This document shows, one piece after another, positions 18,815 through 28,630 of a DNA stretch of 38,768 nucleotides; the stretch's first letter is position 1, and each line of letters opens with the position of its first letter. The stretch is from Lautropia sp. SCN 70-15 (lineage in GTDB: Bacteria > Pseudomonadota > Gammaproteobacteria > Burkholderiales > Burkholderiaceae_E). The DNA is taken from positions 1-38,768 of the forward strand of contig MEEC01000010.1 in the NCBI GenBank assembly GCA_001724315.1, given 5' to 3'. The notes under the pieces were generated by a model. The model was not told the DNA's origin, searched no databases, and was given only the letters and a program-made list of their open reading frames with translations. The position numbers and the translations under genes are program-made.

Positions 18815-20199
18815 ACGTGAAACGCTACGTGGCGCGCACCACCCGAGAGGCGCTTGCCATGGCTCGAGCCGAGCTGGGCCCTGACGCGGTCGTGCTGAAG
18901 AGCCGGCCTGTCGCCGACGGCGTCGAGCTGTTCGCGATGGCCGAGGACGCGTTCGACGATGCGGGCGCCGAAGCACAGGCGCCCGCCCGCCGCGAGCCGG
19001 GCTCTGCGCCACAGCCTGTGCCGAGGGCCGACGAATCGATGACGACCGTGAGTTTCGAGACCTACGTCCGCGAGCGGCAGTTGCGTCGCCAGCTCGCGGA
19101 GGCGGCTGCCGCGGTGGTGCGGCCTGACGAGCCGAGAGGGGAGCCGGCGTTCGCCCCGGGCGCGCCTCCGCGACGGGAAGCGCATTCCGGTCCGCCTCGC
19201 TCCCAGGTCGCTGCCGATGCCGGGGACTCGATGGCGGTTCGGGGAATGATGACCGAGCTGCGTGAGCTTCGCGAGTTTCTCGCCGACCGGATCGAATCGG
19301 TCGGCTGGTTCGGCGCAGTGAAGCGTCGGCCCGGCCAGTCCCGACTGTTGCGCATCATGTTGCAGGCCGGCTTCTCGGCGGCCCTCGCGCGCACGATCGT
19401 CGACCGCCTGCCCGCCGAGCTGGACGACCACGCGGCGCTGCAATGGCTGCGCGAGGTCCTGCTTCGCAACGTGCGGGCCGACGCGTCGGCACGCTCTTCG
19501 TTCGACGAGGGCGGGGTCTTCGCGCTGCTCGGCCCCACAGGTGTCGGAAAGACGACAACGGCCGCCAAGATCGCCGCGCAGTTCGCGCTGAAGCACGGAG
19601 CGCAGTCGGTGGGTCTGATCACCGCCGACGTCTACCGTGTTGGCGCGCAGGATCAGCTGCGCACTTTCGGGCGGATGCTGGGCGTTCCGGTTCATGTCGC
19701 CCACGACGTCGCCGCCCTGGCCGGCTTCCTCGAGATCTCGATGCATCGCAAGCTCGTGCTGATCGACACAGCAGGCGTGAGCCAGCGGGACGAACGGGTT
19801 CGCGAGCTTCTCGCGGCGCTGTCCTCGCCGCGGATCCGGAAGATGGTGGTCATCAATGCCGCGATGCAGGGTGAGGCGATCGAGGAAGTCGTCCAGGCCT
19901 ATCGCGCCACGGAATCGGCCGGGGTCATCGTATCGAAGGTCGACGAGGCGGTGCAGCTCGGCGGCGTGCTCGACGTCATGATCCGTCATCGGCTGACGCT
20001 GCAGGGGATCGCCAACGGTCAGAGAGTGCCGGAAGACTGGCATCGTCCCCTTGCGGCTGCGCTTGTGGACCGGGTGGTGTCGGGCGCCGGTTCCACTCGG
20101 CCGAGCGTGTTCTCGTACGACGAGGCAGAGCTTGCAATGCTCGCGGCCGGGGCGCGCCCCGTCGCAGCGGGCGCGCAGAGGGAGGCGGTCGGTGTTTGA
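18811..20199 (+). CDS. flhF: SRP-family GTPase FlhF
   Basis: N-terminal VKRYVA..REAL...ELGPDAV; GPTGVGKTTT, DVYRVGA, DTAG, SKVDE, NGQRVPED. Confidence 0.97.
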   Translation: MNVKRYVARTTREALAMARAELGPDAVVLKSRPVADGVELFAMAEDAFDDAGAEAQAPARREPGSAPQPVPRADESMTTVSFETYVRERQLRRQLAEAAAAVVRPDEPRGEPAFAPGAPPRREAHSGPPRSQVAADAGDSMAVRGMMTELRELREFLADRIESVGWFGAVKRRPGQSRLLRIMLQAGFSAALARTIVDRLPAELDDHAALQWLREVLLRNVRADASARSSFDEGGVFALLGPTGVGKTTTAAKIAAQFALKHGAQSVGLITADVYRVGAQDQLRTFGRMLGVPVHVAHDVAALAGFLEISMHRKLVLIDTAGVSQRDERVRELLAALSSPRIRKMVVINAAMQGEAIEEVVQAYRATESAGVIVSKVDEAVQLGGVLDVMIRHRLTLQGIANGQRVPEDWHRPLAAALVDRVVSGAGSTRPSVFSYDEAELAMLAAGARPVAAGAQREAVGV

Positions 20200-20890
20200 G
20201 GCAGGCCTCGACCAGGCCTCGGGCTTGAGGCGGCTGCTCGGCGGCGCGCCCGTGATGCCCGTGATCGCCCTCGGCTGCGGAACGGCGGATCGATCCGAGC
20301 GGACGGCAGCGCTCGCGCTTGGGGACGCCCTGTCGAGGGCGGGCTGGAATCCCTTGCTAGTCGACCTGATGGACTGCCCGGCCGATGATGGGCTGGCGCT
20401 CGAATCGTCGAGGGTCTCCCGGGTCCGCCCGGACGAGGCTCGGGCATTCCTCGCCCATGGTCACGACCTGCGGCGGCTCGCCGGCGCGACCGCGCGACTG
20501 CGTGTACAGGCCTTTGACATCCTTCTGGCGGTTGCGGAGCCCTTGCGGCTTGCCGACCTCGCCGCCGGCTTCATCGACCGGATGGTCCTGCTCGCGCGCG
20601 CCGATCCGGTTTCGGTGGCACGGGCCTATGCGCAGGTCAAGGCAGTGGCCCTCTCCCACGGCCTGTCGGATTTCGTGGTTGCCTTCCTGGACGCGGGCTC
20701 CGATGACGACGCACTCGTGGCGCACGAACGCCTGGCGAGGACGGCGTCGCGTTTTCTTGCCGCTCGCGTGGCTTTCGGCGGCGACGTGTCGTCCGACGCC
20801 CAGGCTCGGAAGTGCTGGGACAGGTTGGCGCTCCTCGCCTGCTCGTCGCTGCCACCGGCCGAGATCTCCCAATGCCTTCGACACAGCTGA
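20192..20890 (+). CDS. flhG: FlhG/FleN-like MinD-family protein with degenerate P-loop
   Basis: N-terminal DQASGLRRL motif, position between flhF and fliA, AYAQVK and RLARTASRFL FlhG-like segments; Walker A KGGVGKT absent. Confidence 0.72.
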   Translation: MFEAGLDQASGLRRLLGGAPVMPVIALGCGTADRSERTAALALGDALSRAGWNPLLVDLMDCPADDGLALESSRVSRVRPDEARAFLAHGHDLRRLAGATARLRVQAFDILLAVAEPLRLADLAAGFIDRMVLLARADPVSVARAYAQVKAVALSHGLSDFVVAFLDAGSDDDALVAHERLARTASRFLAARVAFGGDVSSDAQARKCWDRLALLACSSLPPAEISQCLRHS

Positions 20891-20906
20891 TCTAGCCGGG
20901 TTTCAA

Positions 20907-21620
20907 ATGTTGTACACGCCCCAGGGAACGCTCGATCACGACGGCCTGGTCGCTCGCTTCGGGCCGATGGTTCGGCGAGCGGCGAGCCAGCTGGCTGCGC
21001 GACTTCCCGCCAACGTCGAGGTCGACGATCTCGTACAGGCCGGCATGATGGGACTGTTCCACGCGATGTCGCGCTACGAGGCCGGTCACGGCGCGCAGTT
21101 CGAGACTTTTGCGTTGCAGCGCGTCCGTGGCGCGATGCTCGATGAGCTACGCGGCTCGGACTGGATGCCGCGATCGGTGCGGCGTAGTCAGCGCGAGATC
21201 GAGCGCGCGTTGCATCGGGCCGAGCAGAAGCTCGGACGTTCGCCCTCCGAGACCGAGGTGGCCCGGGAACTCGGCATGTCCCTCGAGGCTTATCAGCAGC
21301 TGCTCGGTGACGCGCGCGGCGCCCAATTGCTGAGCCTCGATGACTTCGGGGAGGACGACGAGAACGCGCTGGAGGCCAGGATTGCGGCCTTGGGGGGCGA
21401 CCCCGCCAGCGCACTGGAAGACGGTCGCTTCCGGAAGGCACTTGCGAAGGCAATCGAGGAGCTGCCCGAACGTGAGCGCCTGGTGATGGGCTTGTACTAC
21501 GAGCAGGATCTGAACCTGAAGGAGATCGGAGCGGTGCTTGGCGTGAGCGAGTCGCGGGTGTCGCAGCTTCACAGCCAGGCGGTGGCTCGGCTCCGAACGC
21601 AGATGAAACTGTGGCGCTGA
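20907..21620 (+). CDS. fliA: RNA polymerase sigma-28 factor FliA
   Basis: LPANVEVDDLVQAGMMGL, RVRGAMLDELRGSDWMPRS, LNLKEIGAVLGVSESRVSQLHSQA. Confidence 0.98.
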   Translation: MLYTPQGTLDHDGLVARFGPMVRRAASQLAARLPANVEVDDLVQAGMMGLFHAMSRYEAGHGAQFETFALQRVRGAMLDELRGSDWMPRSVRRSQREIERALHRAEQKLGRSPSETEVARELGMSLEAYQQLLGDARGAQLLSLDDFGEDDENALEARIAALGGDPASALEDGRFRKALAKAIEELPERERLVMGLYYEQDLNLKEIGAVLGVSESRVSQLHSQAVARLRTQMKLWR

Positions 21621-21645
21621 GCCGGTCAGCGGGCGGTCGGCGGCC

Positions 21646-21978
21646 TCAGGCGGTCAGGGCGCGACCCGGCGCGGATTGTCTCGCGGAGAATCCGCCGGGC
21701 TCGTAGACCGGTGCGCTGCCGGCGATCGCAGCCAGTGCCGCGCTGGCGAACGAAGCGCGTCTGTGCGCGATCATGGCGCTCGAATCCAGCGCGCTGCGCA
21801 GTTCCGCCAACTCTTTCGGGGATGCGCCGCTCGACGCCGCTCCAGGCGTTGGGCCGAACTGGCGCATACATTCTGTCAGGCGAGCCTCGGCACGCTGGAT
21901 CCCGACGGGGTCGCCCGAGAGAAGCGCCTCGCGCTGCTCGACGATCAGTGACAGGAGGCGTTCGAGCGTGTCGCTCAT
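21646..21978 (-). CDS. flgN: FlgN-family export chaperone (short)
   Basis: 110-aa helical protein with EQREAL and C-terminal VYEPGG; ATGA overlap with flgM; canonical position. Confidence 0.7.
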   Translation of the reverse strand: MSDTLERLLSLIVEQREALLSGDPVGIQRAEARLTECMRQFGPTPGAASSGASPKELAELRSALDSSAMIAHRRASFASAALAAIAGSAPVYEPGGFSARQSAPGRALTA

Positions 21979-22283
21979 CGGGTTCGAGACAGCGACTCGA
22001 GCAGTTCGGCGGCTTCGGAGATCATCCGGTCTGCGACTGCCCAGGCGTTGACCTCGAAGCGACCTTCGCGAATGGCCTGCCTGATCTCCGCAACCTTCTG
22101 ACTTCGGGTCGGGTCGGCCTCGGCGCCGGCGGACTCGGTCGCAAGGCTGCGTGACGCACTCGACAAACTGACTTCGTCGACAGGTTGGGTTCGTTCGACC
22201 TTGTCGCTGCGCTCGCCGCTCGCAGGCTTGGCGGCCTGCAGCAGATCGATGCGCTCCGGATCAGCGAGCTTGCCGATCTTCAT
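21975..22283 (-). CDS. flgM: Anti-sigma28 factor FlgM
   Basis: DEVSLS, KVAEIRQAIREGRFEVN..AVADRMI. Confidence 0.95.
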   Translation of the reverse strand: MKIGKLADPERIDLLQAAKPASGERSDKVERTQPVDEVSLSSASRSLATESAGAEADPTRSQKVAEIRQAIREGRFEVNAWAVADRMISEAAELLESLSRTR

Positions 22284-22334
22284 GGCAACCTCCGTCGTGG
22301 GTCGGGAGGCATTCGGACGAATGCCATGCCCTTG

Positions 22335-22361
22335 TTTTCGGCGGGCGCTCGAAGAACTTTA
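22335..22361 (-). promoter_or_regulatory. sigma28 promoter of flgM-flgN
   Basis: Minus strand TAAA-GTTCTTCGAGCGCCC(15)-GCCGAAAA. Confidence 0.88.
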
Positions 22362-22398
22362 GTGCCGATGGTGATGAAGTTCACGGAAGGGACCCGGG

Positions 22399-23184
22399 TC
22401 ACAGGCGGACCTCGAGGATCCGCTCCCTGACGATTCCGACCAGCATCTTGCCGGAACCGGTTCTTACTCGCAACGGCTCGCCTTCGCCGGCTGCGGCCAT
22501 GGCGAATCCCTCGGCGGAGACTGCGAATCCCTGGCCGATCAGCCGTATGCGGATCGGATCGCCTGCCGAAACCGTGCGTGGCACTCTCAGGTCATTGGCG
22601 CGAAGCATCTGGCCCGCCGAGAATGATCTGCCCAGCGAACGTCCAGCCAGCAGCTCAGGGTCCGCGACCGGAATTCCGACCGTCCGGGTGAGGTCGACCT
22701 CCCGGAGACTGAAGTCCGCCGGGTCTGCAGGCGCGCCAGCCGGTATCGGCAGGTTCGCCACCAGCGCGGTACCGAAGACGGACACCGTGACCGGCACGAG
22801 CGTGGTCCAGGATTCGCCCTCGACGCAGCGCACGCCGATGTGGCTGCGGCCCCAGAGCCTCGCGTGCGAGGGCAGGAATGGCTCGAAGCGCGCGCAGGAC
22901 TCGAGCTTGATGCGGGGATCGACTCGTCCGACGGTCACCTCGATCCGCACGCCGCCCTGCGGGGTGCCGTCCGCGCTCTCGCTCGCCGTTGCGCCGTAGC
23001 GTGCCGTCCAGGTCGATGGAGCGGATTCGGCGATCCATCGCTCGAGCCGCGCCGCCTCTTGCGCCACGGCGGTGTTCGGTGGCGCGGCGCTGGCGCCGGC
23101 GACCGGAGCCAGGGCCAGTGCCAATGCCGCGAGCATCTCGAGCGCCCGCGCGAACGGACGGTAGTCGGTATCGCTTCGATGCAT
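22399..23184 (-). CDS. flgA: P-ring assembly chaperone FlgA
   Basis: Signal peptide (LAALALALAPVAGASA), DPRIKLESC..FLP..RLWG..GVRC, SAF domain, G..VSAEG.A...GE..RVRT.SGK. Start uncertain. Confidence 0.92.
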   Translation of the reverse strand: MHRSDTDYRPFARALEMLAALALALAPVAGASAAPPNTAVAQEAARLERWIAESAPSTWTARYGATASESADGTPQGGVRIEVTVGRVDPRIKLESCARFEPFLPSHARLWGRSHIGVRCVEGESWTTLVPVTVSVFGTALVANLPIPAGAPADPADFSLREVDLTRTVGIPVADPELLAGRSLGRSFSAGQMLRANDLRVPRTVSAGDPIRIRLIGQGFAVSAEGFAMAAAGEGEPLRVRTGSGKMLVGIVRERILEVRL

Positions 23185-23297
23185 GAATTGTCCTTGATCC
23201 TTGGGCGGCGTCGCTGAACACGTGAACACGACGCGACTCGCCCGCCTGCCGGACGGTTGCACGGAGACTAGCGCCCTCCTTCTGGTCGCCGTCGACG

Positions 23298-23357
23298 GAG
23301 ATGCGGGAGAAATCATCCGCTTATCGCGGCATGGGTGTCCGAGGCCGCCGCGACAAT
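23298..23357 (+). promoter_or_regulatory. FlhDC box / class II promoter of the flgB operon (probably shared with divergent flgA)
   Basis: GAGATGCG-N12-CGCTTATC; CTTATCGCGGCAT-N19-GACAAT. Confidence 0.65.
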
Positions 23358-23386
23358 CGAAGCTGGTGAAAGAGTCCGGAGGTCCG

Positions 23387-23827
23387 ATGCTCGACCGTAT
23401 GACGGCCAATCTGCAGCTGCATGCTCAGGCGCTCGAACTGCGGGCCGAGCGGCACAGGGTCTTGTCGTCGAACATCGCGAATGCGGACACGCCGGGCTTC
23501 CAGGCCCGCGACTTCGACTTCCAGGCCGCGCTGCGAGCCGCCAGCGGTCGCGCAGCCCCCGGTCCGGCGAATGGCGCCGCGATCGAAGGGCCGACGCCGC
23601 CGGCACGGCCGGTGCCGATGGTGCCGGGGGCGTTGCTGGCGTCGCGACCGGGCGCGCAGGTTCCGTTGGCCTGGCGGGTCCCCGAGCAGGCGTCGCTCGA
23701 CGGCAATACCGTCGACCTGGATCGAGAGCGCGCGAACTTCGCGGACAACGCATTGCGCTACGAGGCGACGCTGCGATTCATCAACGGTGGTGTGCGGACC
23801 CTGCTTTCGGCTATCAGGGGCGATTGA
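23387..23827 (+). CDS. flgB: Proximal rod protein FlgB
   Basis: SSNIANADTPGFQARD, SLDGNTVDLDRER, RYEATLRF. Confidence 0.97.
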   Translation: MLDRMTANLQLHAQALELRAERHRVLSSNIANADTPGFQARDFDFQAALRAASGRAAPGPANGAAIEGPTPPARPVPMVPGALLASRPGAQVPLAWRVPEQASLDGNTVDLDRERANFADNALRYEATLRFINGGVRTLLSAIRGD

Positions 23828-23841
23828 GCGAGGAGCGTGCG

Positions 23842-24255
23842 GTGTCGATGTTCGATGTATTCAGGATTTCCGGTGGGGCGGTCTCGGCGCAGAGCCAGCG
23901 CCTCAACGTGGTCGCCTCGAATCTCGCCAACGCCGAGACTGTCGCGGGTCCCGACGGCCGGCCTTACAAGGCGCGACAGGTGGTGTTCGAGTCGCAACAG
24001 GTCGGTGGGGCGGCATCACCGGGCGGCACGAGCGTCCGCGTCAGCACGGTGGTGGAGGACGACACCCCGGGCAAGCGGGTGCACGACCCTTCCCATCCGC
24101 TTGCCGATGCGCAGGGCTATGTCACGCAGAGCAACGTGAACGTGGTGGAGGAGATGGTGAACATGATCTCGGCCTCCCGCTCGTATCAGAACAACATCGA
24201 GGTCATGAACACGACCAGGCAGTTGCTCGCGAAGACGCTGCAGCTCGGCGAGTGA
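23842..24255 (+). CDS. flgC: Proximal rod protein FlgC
   Basis: AQSQRLNVVASNLANA, DPSHPLAD..GYV..NVNVVEEMVNMISASRSYQ. Confidence 0.97.
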   Translation: MSMFDVFRISGGAVSAQSQRLNVVASNLANAETVAGPDGRPYKARQVVFESQQVGGAASPGGTSVRVSTVVEDDTPGKRVHDPSHPLADAQGYVTQSNVNVVEEMVNMISASRSYQNNIEVMNTTRQLLAKTLQLGE

Positions 24256-24277
24256 GTTCCACCGGAGGCTCGAGAGC

Positions 24278-25021
24278 ATGATTTCCGCCAGTTCCGACAA
24301 CCGGGCGGCTGGGAGCGTTGCCGCGACCGGGCAGGCGGGCGCCGGCGCGCCATCGCCCGTGGGCGACTCGGCCGAGTCGACCGAGGATCGTTTCCTCAAG
24401 CTGCTGGTGGCGCAGATGCGAAACCAGGATCCGCTCAATCCGCTGGACAACGCCCAGGTCACGAGCCAGCTTGCCCAGATCAGCACCGTTCGGGGCCTGG
24501 AGGAGCTCAACGCCTCCGTTTCCCGCATGGCGTCGGCCAACGGAACCGTGTCGCCGCTGTCGGCGATCGGCCTCCTGGGTCGGTCGGTGCTGCTGCCGGG
24601 CGACGCCTTCGAGTGGGGCGGAACGGCCTCGGTCGCGCCCGCCAGCGATCCTGCCTTGCCGGAGCAGGTCGCCGCGACGCCTGCGGTCCGCCTGGGGGTC
24701 GAGCTTTCCGCCGCGGCAAGGGCCGTGCAGATCGACATCGTCGATGCGGCCGGGCGGGTCGTGCATTCGCGTCAGATTTCGGGCGTCGAAGCGGGGGTGG
24801 CCACGTTCGACTGGGACGGCACCACGTCGGACGGCTCGGCGGCCGCGGCGGGCCCCTATCGCATGCGGGTGGTCGCGCTCGATTACGGCGGCGCCCAGGT
24901 TGCCGCCGAGGCGCTGGTGTCCGCGCGCGTCACTGGCGTGGTCCAGGCCCCCGGCGGTGCACGCATCGAGTTTGCGGATCGACCGGCACAGCCGGCGTCC
25001 GCGGCCAGGGCAATTCTGTGA
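24278..25021 (+). CDS. flgD: Hook capping protein FlgD
   Basis: FLKLLVAQMRNQDPLNPLDN...SQLAQISTV, FDWDG. Confidence 0.96.
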   Translation: MISASSDNRAAGSVAATGQAGAGAPSPVGDSAESTEDRFLKLLVAQMRNQDPLNPLDNAQVTSQLAQISTVRGLEELNASVSRMASANGTVSPLSAIGLLGRSVLLPGDAFEWGGTASVAPASDPALPEQVAATPAVRLGVELSAAARAVQIDIVDAAGRVVHSRQISGVEAGVATFDWDGTTSDGSAAAAGPYRMRVVALDYGGAQVAAEALVSARVTGVVQAPGGARIEFADRPAQPASAARAIL

Positions 25022-25076
25022 CCCGGCGGCGCGGTGCCGCGCGTCGGACAAGTCAACTCAATCGGAGGGAGTGAGC

Positions 25077-26294
25077 ATGTCTTTCCAGCAAGGCTTGAGC
25101 GGTCTGAATGCCGCGGCCCGAAATCTCGACGTGATCGGCAACAACGTGGCGAACTCCAACACGGTAGGCGCCAAGTCGGCGCGCGCCGAGTTCGCCGACG
25201 TGTACGCCACTTCGCTCTCGGGCGCCGGCGGCTCGTTCAACGGAATTGGCGTCACGGTCTCGAGGGTGACGCAGGAGTTTGCCCAGGGTGACATCGTCAG
25301 CAGCAGCGGCGCGCTGGACATGGCGATCAACGGCGCCGGCTTCTTCCGGATGTCCGACAGCGGAGAGATCACCTATACCCGCAACGGCCAGTTCACGCTC
25401 GACAAGGACGGCTACATCGTCAACGCCCAGGGCTCGAAGCTCACCGGCTTCATGGCCGACGCCAACGGTCAGGTTAACGCCGGCACGCCCGCCGAGCTGC
25501 GCCTGCAGACCGGCGACGTCGCGCCGCGCGCGACGTCCGCTGCCCGAGCCACGGTGAACCTCGACGCCCGAACGGTTGCGCCGACCACTGCATTCAGCCT
25601 GACCGATGCCACTAGCTACAACGGCGCCACGCCGATTCCGGTCTTCGATGCCCAGGGCTCCGAGCACACGATCGTGCTGTACTTCCGCAAGGTCGCCGAC
25701 AACGACTGGGAGATCCACGCGTCGGCGGATGGCGGCCAGATCGGCACCGGTCCGATAGGGAGCATCCAGTTCGGCCCCGACGGCAGGCCGACGGCGACAT
25801 CCTCGACCTCGTTCACCGCGAGCGTTCCCCTGCCGGCATCGATGGGGGGCAGTCTGTCGGTGCCGATCGACCTGGCTACGATCAGTCAGTACGGTTCGCC
25901 CTTCTCGGTGACCGACATGGCGCAGGACGGCTATGCGGCCGGCCGTCTGGCCGGCTTCACGATCGGTGGCGACGGCACGCTGCTCGCGCGCTACACGAAC
26001 GGCCAGACGCTTGCCCAGGGAAGGGTGGCACTGTCGAACTTCACCAACCCGCAAGGCCTCATGTCGATCGGCGGCAACCAGTGGATCGAGACGGCCGAGT
26101 CGGGCATCCCCATGACCGGGTCCCCGGGCGCCGGCACGCTTGGCGTGATCCAGGCGAGTGCGCTGGAACAGTCGAACGTCGACCTGACTGCCCAGCTGGT
26201 CAACATGATCACCGCGCAGCGGGTCTACCAGGCCAACGCCCAGACCATCCGCACGCAGGACCAGATCATGCAGACCATCGTCAACCTGCGTTGA
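25077..26294 (+). CDS. flgE: Flagellar hook protein FlgE
   Basis: MSFQQGLSGLNAA, GNNVANSNTVG, YTRNGQF, LEQSNVDL, QRVYQANAQ. Confidence 0.98.
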   Translation: MSFQQGLSGLNAAARNLDVIGNNVANSNTVGAKSARAEFADVYATSLSGAGGSFNGIGVTVSRVTQEFAQGDIVSSSGALDMAINGAGFFRMSDSGEITYTRNGQFTLDKDGYIVNAQGSKLTGFMADANGQVNAGTPAELRLQTGDVAPRATSAARATVNLDARTVAPTTAFSLTDATSYNGATPIPVFDAQGSEHTIVLYFRKVADNDWEIHASADGGQIGTGPIGSIQFGPDGRPTATSSTSFTASVPLPASMGGSLSVPIDLATISQYGSPFSVTDMAQDGYAAGRLAGFTIGGDGTLLARYTNGQTLAQGRVALSNFTNPQGLMSIGGNQWIETAESGIPMTGSPGAGTLGVIQASALEQSNVDLTAQLVNMITAQRVYQANAQTIRTQDQIMQTIVNLR

Positions 26295-26343
26295 GTTCCG
26301 GGCCGATTCCGCCCGAGCTGCCTCGCGTCCCGGAGCATCGCCC

Positions 26344-27078
26344 ATGGACAGGATGATCTGGCTGTCGATGACTGGCGCGAAGGCGCTGTTGCATCGCCAG
26401 GACACGCTCGCCAACAATCTCGCGAACGCCGACGCCACGGGCTTCCGTGCCGATCTCGCGGCTTTCCGGGCGGTGCCCGGGCGCCAGGAAGGCACGGCGA
26501 CGACGCGAGTCTGGGCGCTCGAGGCGACGGCCGGCTTCGACGCGAAGCCGGGCCCGGTGCGTCAGACGGGCCGGCCGCTCGATGTGGCGGTGTCGGGGCC
26601 TGGCTGGATCGCGGTCCAGGCAGTCGATGGCGAGGAGGCCTATACCCGTGACGGTTCCCTTCAGGTAGACGCCGAGGGCCTGCTGCGCACCTCCAGGGGG
26701 CAGACGGTGCTTGGCGACTCGGGGCCGATCTCGATCCCGCCCGGGGGCGAGACCGCAATTGGTGCCGACGGCATCGTGACGGTGCGCCTGTCCGGCCAGC
26801 CGCCGTTCGAGATCGGTCGGCTCAAGCTGGTGAATCCTCCCGCAAGCACCTTGCGCAAGGGCGAGGACGGCTTGGTGCGTACCGCCGATCGTCAGCCCGC
26901 GACGCCCGACCCCGCGGTCCGGCTGGCCGAGCGATCGCTCGAGGGCAGCAACGTGAACGTCGTGGAGGCGATGGTGGGGTTGATCGCACTGTCGCGTCAG
27001 TTCGAGATGCAGATGCGCATGCTGCAGAACGCCGAGCAAAACGAGCAGCGGGCCACCCAGCTGCTGTCGCGCGGTTGA
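26344..27078 (+). CDS. flgF: Proximal rod protein FlgF
   Basis: [39 protein letters not shown]. Confidence 0.96.
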   Translation: MDRMIWLSMTGAKALLHRQDTLANNLANADATGFRADLAAFRAVPGRQEGTATTRVWALEATAGFDAKPGPVRQTGRPLDVAVSGPGWIAVQAVDGEEAYTRDGSLQVDAEGLLRTSRGQTVLGDSGPISIPPGGETAIGADGIVTVRLSGQPPFEIGRLKLVNPPASTLRKGEDGLVRTADRQPATPDPAVRLAERSLEGSNVNVVEAMVGLIALSRQFEMQMRMLQNAEQNEQRATQLLSRG

Positions 27079-27118
27079 GCGCGCGCCTTGCATCACCGAC
27101 TCTGAGGAGATCATAGCC

Positions 27119-27901
27119 ATGATCCGATCCTTGTGGATCGCCAAGACCGGGCTCGATGCCCAGCAGACCCAGCTAGACGCGATCTCGCACAATCTTGCCA
27201 ACGTGGCCACCAACGGCTACAAGCGCTCGAGCGCGGTGTTCGAGGATCTGCTTTACCAGAATCTGCGCCAGGCCGGTGGCCAGGCCACCCAGGAGAACCA
27301 GCTGCCCACCGGTCTGCAGCTGGGCACCGGCGTGCGGGCGGTGGCCACCGCGCGCCTGTTCACCCAGGGCAACCTGCAGCAGACCGGCAACACCTTCGAC
27401 ATGGCGATTGACGGCAACGGCTTCTTCAGCCTGCAAATGCCGGACGGCACGCTCGCCTACACGCGCGACGGTTCGTTCAGAGTCGACGCTACCGGCCAGC
27501 TGGTGACGTCCAACGGCATGCCCATGTCCCCGCCGATCGTGATCCCGCCCAATGCGCTCAGCGTCACCGTCGGCAGCGACGGCGTCGTCTCCGTCACGCA
27601 AGCGGGGCAGGCGACCCCGGTTCAGGTCGGGCAGGTGCAGCTCACGACCTTCGTCAATCCGGCGGGGCTCGATCCGCGCGGGCAGAACCTGTACTTCGAG
27701 ACGGCTGCCTCGGGCGCGCCGACGGTCGGCACGCCAGGCTCCAACGGTGCGGGCCTGATCAACCAGGGCTATGTCGAGACCTCCAACGTCAACGTGGTCG
27801 AGGAGCTCGTCGCGATGATCCAGACCCAGCGCGCCTACGAAATCAACTCCAAGGCGATCGAGACATCGGACCAGATGCTCGGCCGGCTCTCCCAGTTGTG
27901 A
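27119..27901 (+). CDS. flgG: Distal rod protein FlgG
   Basis: [53 protein letters not shown]. Confidence 0.99.
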   Translation: MIRSLWIAKTGLDAQQTQLDAISHNLANVATNGYKRSSAVFEDLLYQNLRQAGGQATQENQLPTGLQLGTGVRAVATARLFTQGNLQQTGNTFDMAIDGNGFFSLQMPDGTLAYTRDGSFRVDATGQLVTSNGMPMSPPIVIPPNALSVTVGSDGVVSVTQAGQATPVQVGQVQLTTFVNPAGLDPRGQNLYFETAASGAPTVGTPGSNGAGLINQGYVETSNVNVVEELVAMIQTQRAYEINSKAIETSDQMLGRLSQL

Positions 27902-28620
27902 TGTACGGCGCCGCGATGCTCACGCGTTTGTCGATCGCCGCGGCGGCGCTGCTGCTCGCCGGCTGCGCGGCAACAACATCGGTCCCGAAGGTCGCCGTGC
28001 TGGAGCCCACCACGATGCGTCCGGAACCCACGACAGCGTCATTGGCAGCCCAGGCCGCGGCCCGAACGCCGCTGCCGAACGGGGCGATCTACCACCCATC
28101 CAGCTTCCGCGGGCTCTTCGAGGACCGTCGCGCCAGGCTGCCAGGCGACCTGCTCACCATCCAGATCCAGGAGAAGACCTCGGCGCGCAGCAGCGCCAAC
28201 AGCGCAGTGGATCGAAGCGGCAAGGTCGAGGGCTCGATCGCGCAGCTGCCGTTCGTCTCGCCGACTTCCAGCCTGATTCCCAAGCTCGGCCTGTCGGGTC
28301 AGTCGGAGAACAGCTTCCAGGGCAAGGGGCAGACCGGCGCCGACAATGCGTTCGCGGGAACGATCACGGTCACGGTGGTCGAGGTGCTCCCGAACGGCAA
28401 TCTGGTCGTCTCCGGCGAGAAGCAGATCGGCATCAACCAGAACGTGGAAGTCCTGCGCTTCTCCGGTGTCGTGAACCCAGCGACGGTGCTGGCCGGCAAC
28501 GTGGTGAGCTCGACCCAGGTGGCTGATGCCCGCCTCGAGGTGAGAGGGCGGGGCGACATCGATCGCGCGCAGACGGTTGGCTGGCTCGCGCGCTTCTTCC
28601 TCAGTTTCCTGCCGATCTGA
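27901..28620 (+). CDS. flgH: L-ring lipoprotein FlgH
   Basis: Lipobox LLAGC, LFEDRRA..GD, VLPNGNL, GEKQ, SSTQVADAR, GWLARFF. Confidence 0.97.
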   Translation: MYGAAMLTRLSIAAAALLLAGCAATTSVPKVAVLEPTTMRPEPTTASLAAQAAARTPLPNGAIYHPSSFRGLFEDRRARLPGDLLTIQIQEKTSARSSANSAVDRSGKVEGSIAQLPFVSPTSSLIPKLGLSGQSENSFQGKGQTGADNAFAGTITVTVVEVLPNGNLVVSGEKQIGINQNVEVLRFSGVVNPATVLAGNVVSSTQVADARLEVRGRGDIDRAQTVGWLARFFLSFLPI

Positions 28621-28630
28621 GGAGGCAGTG

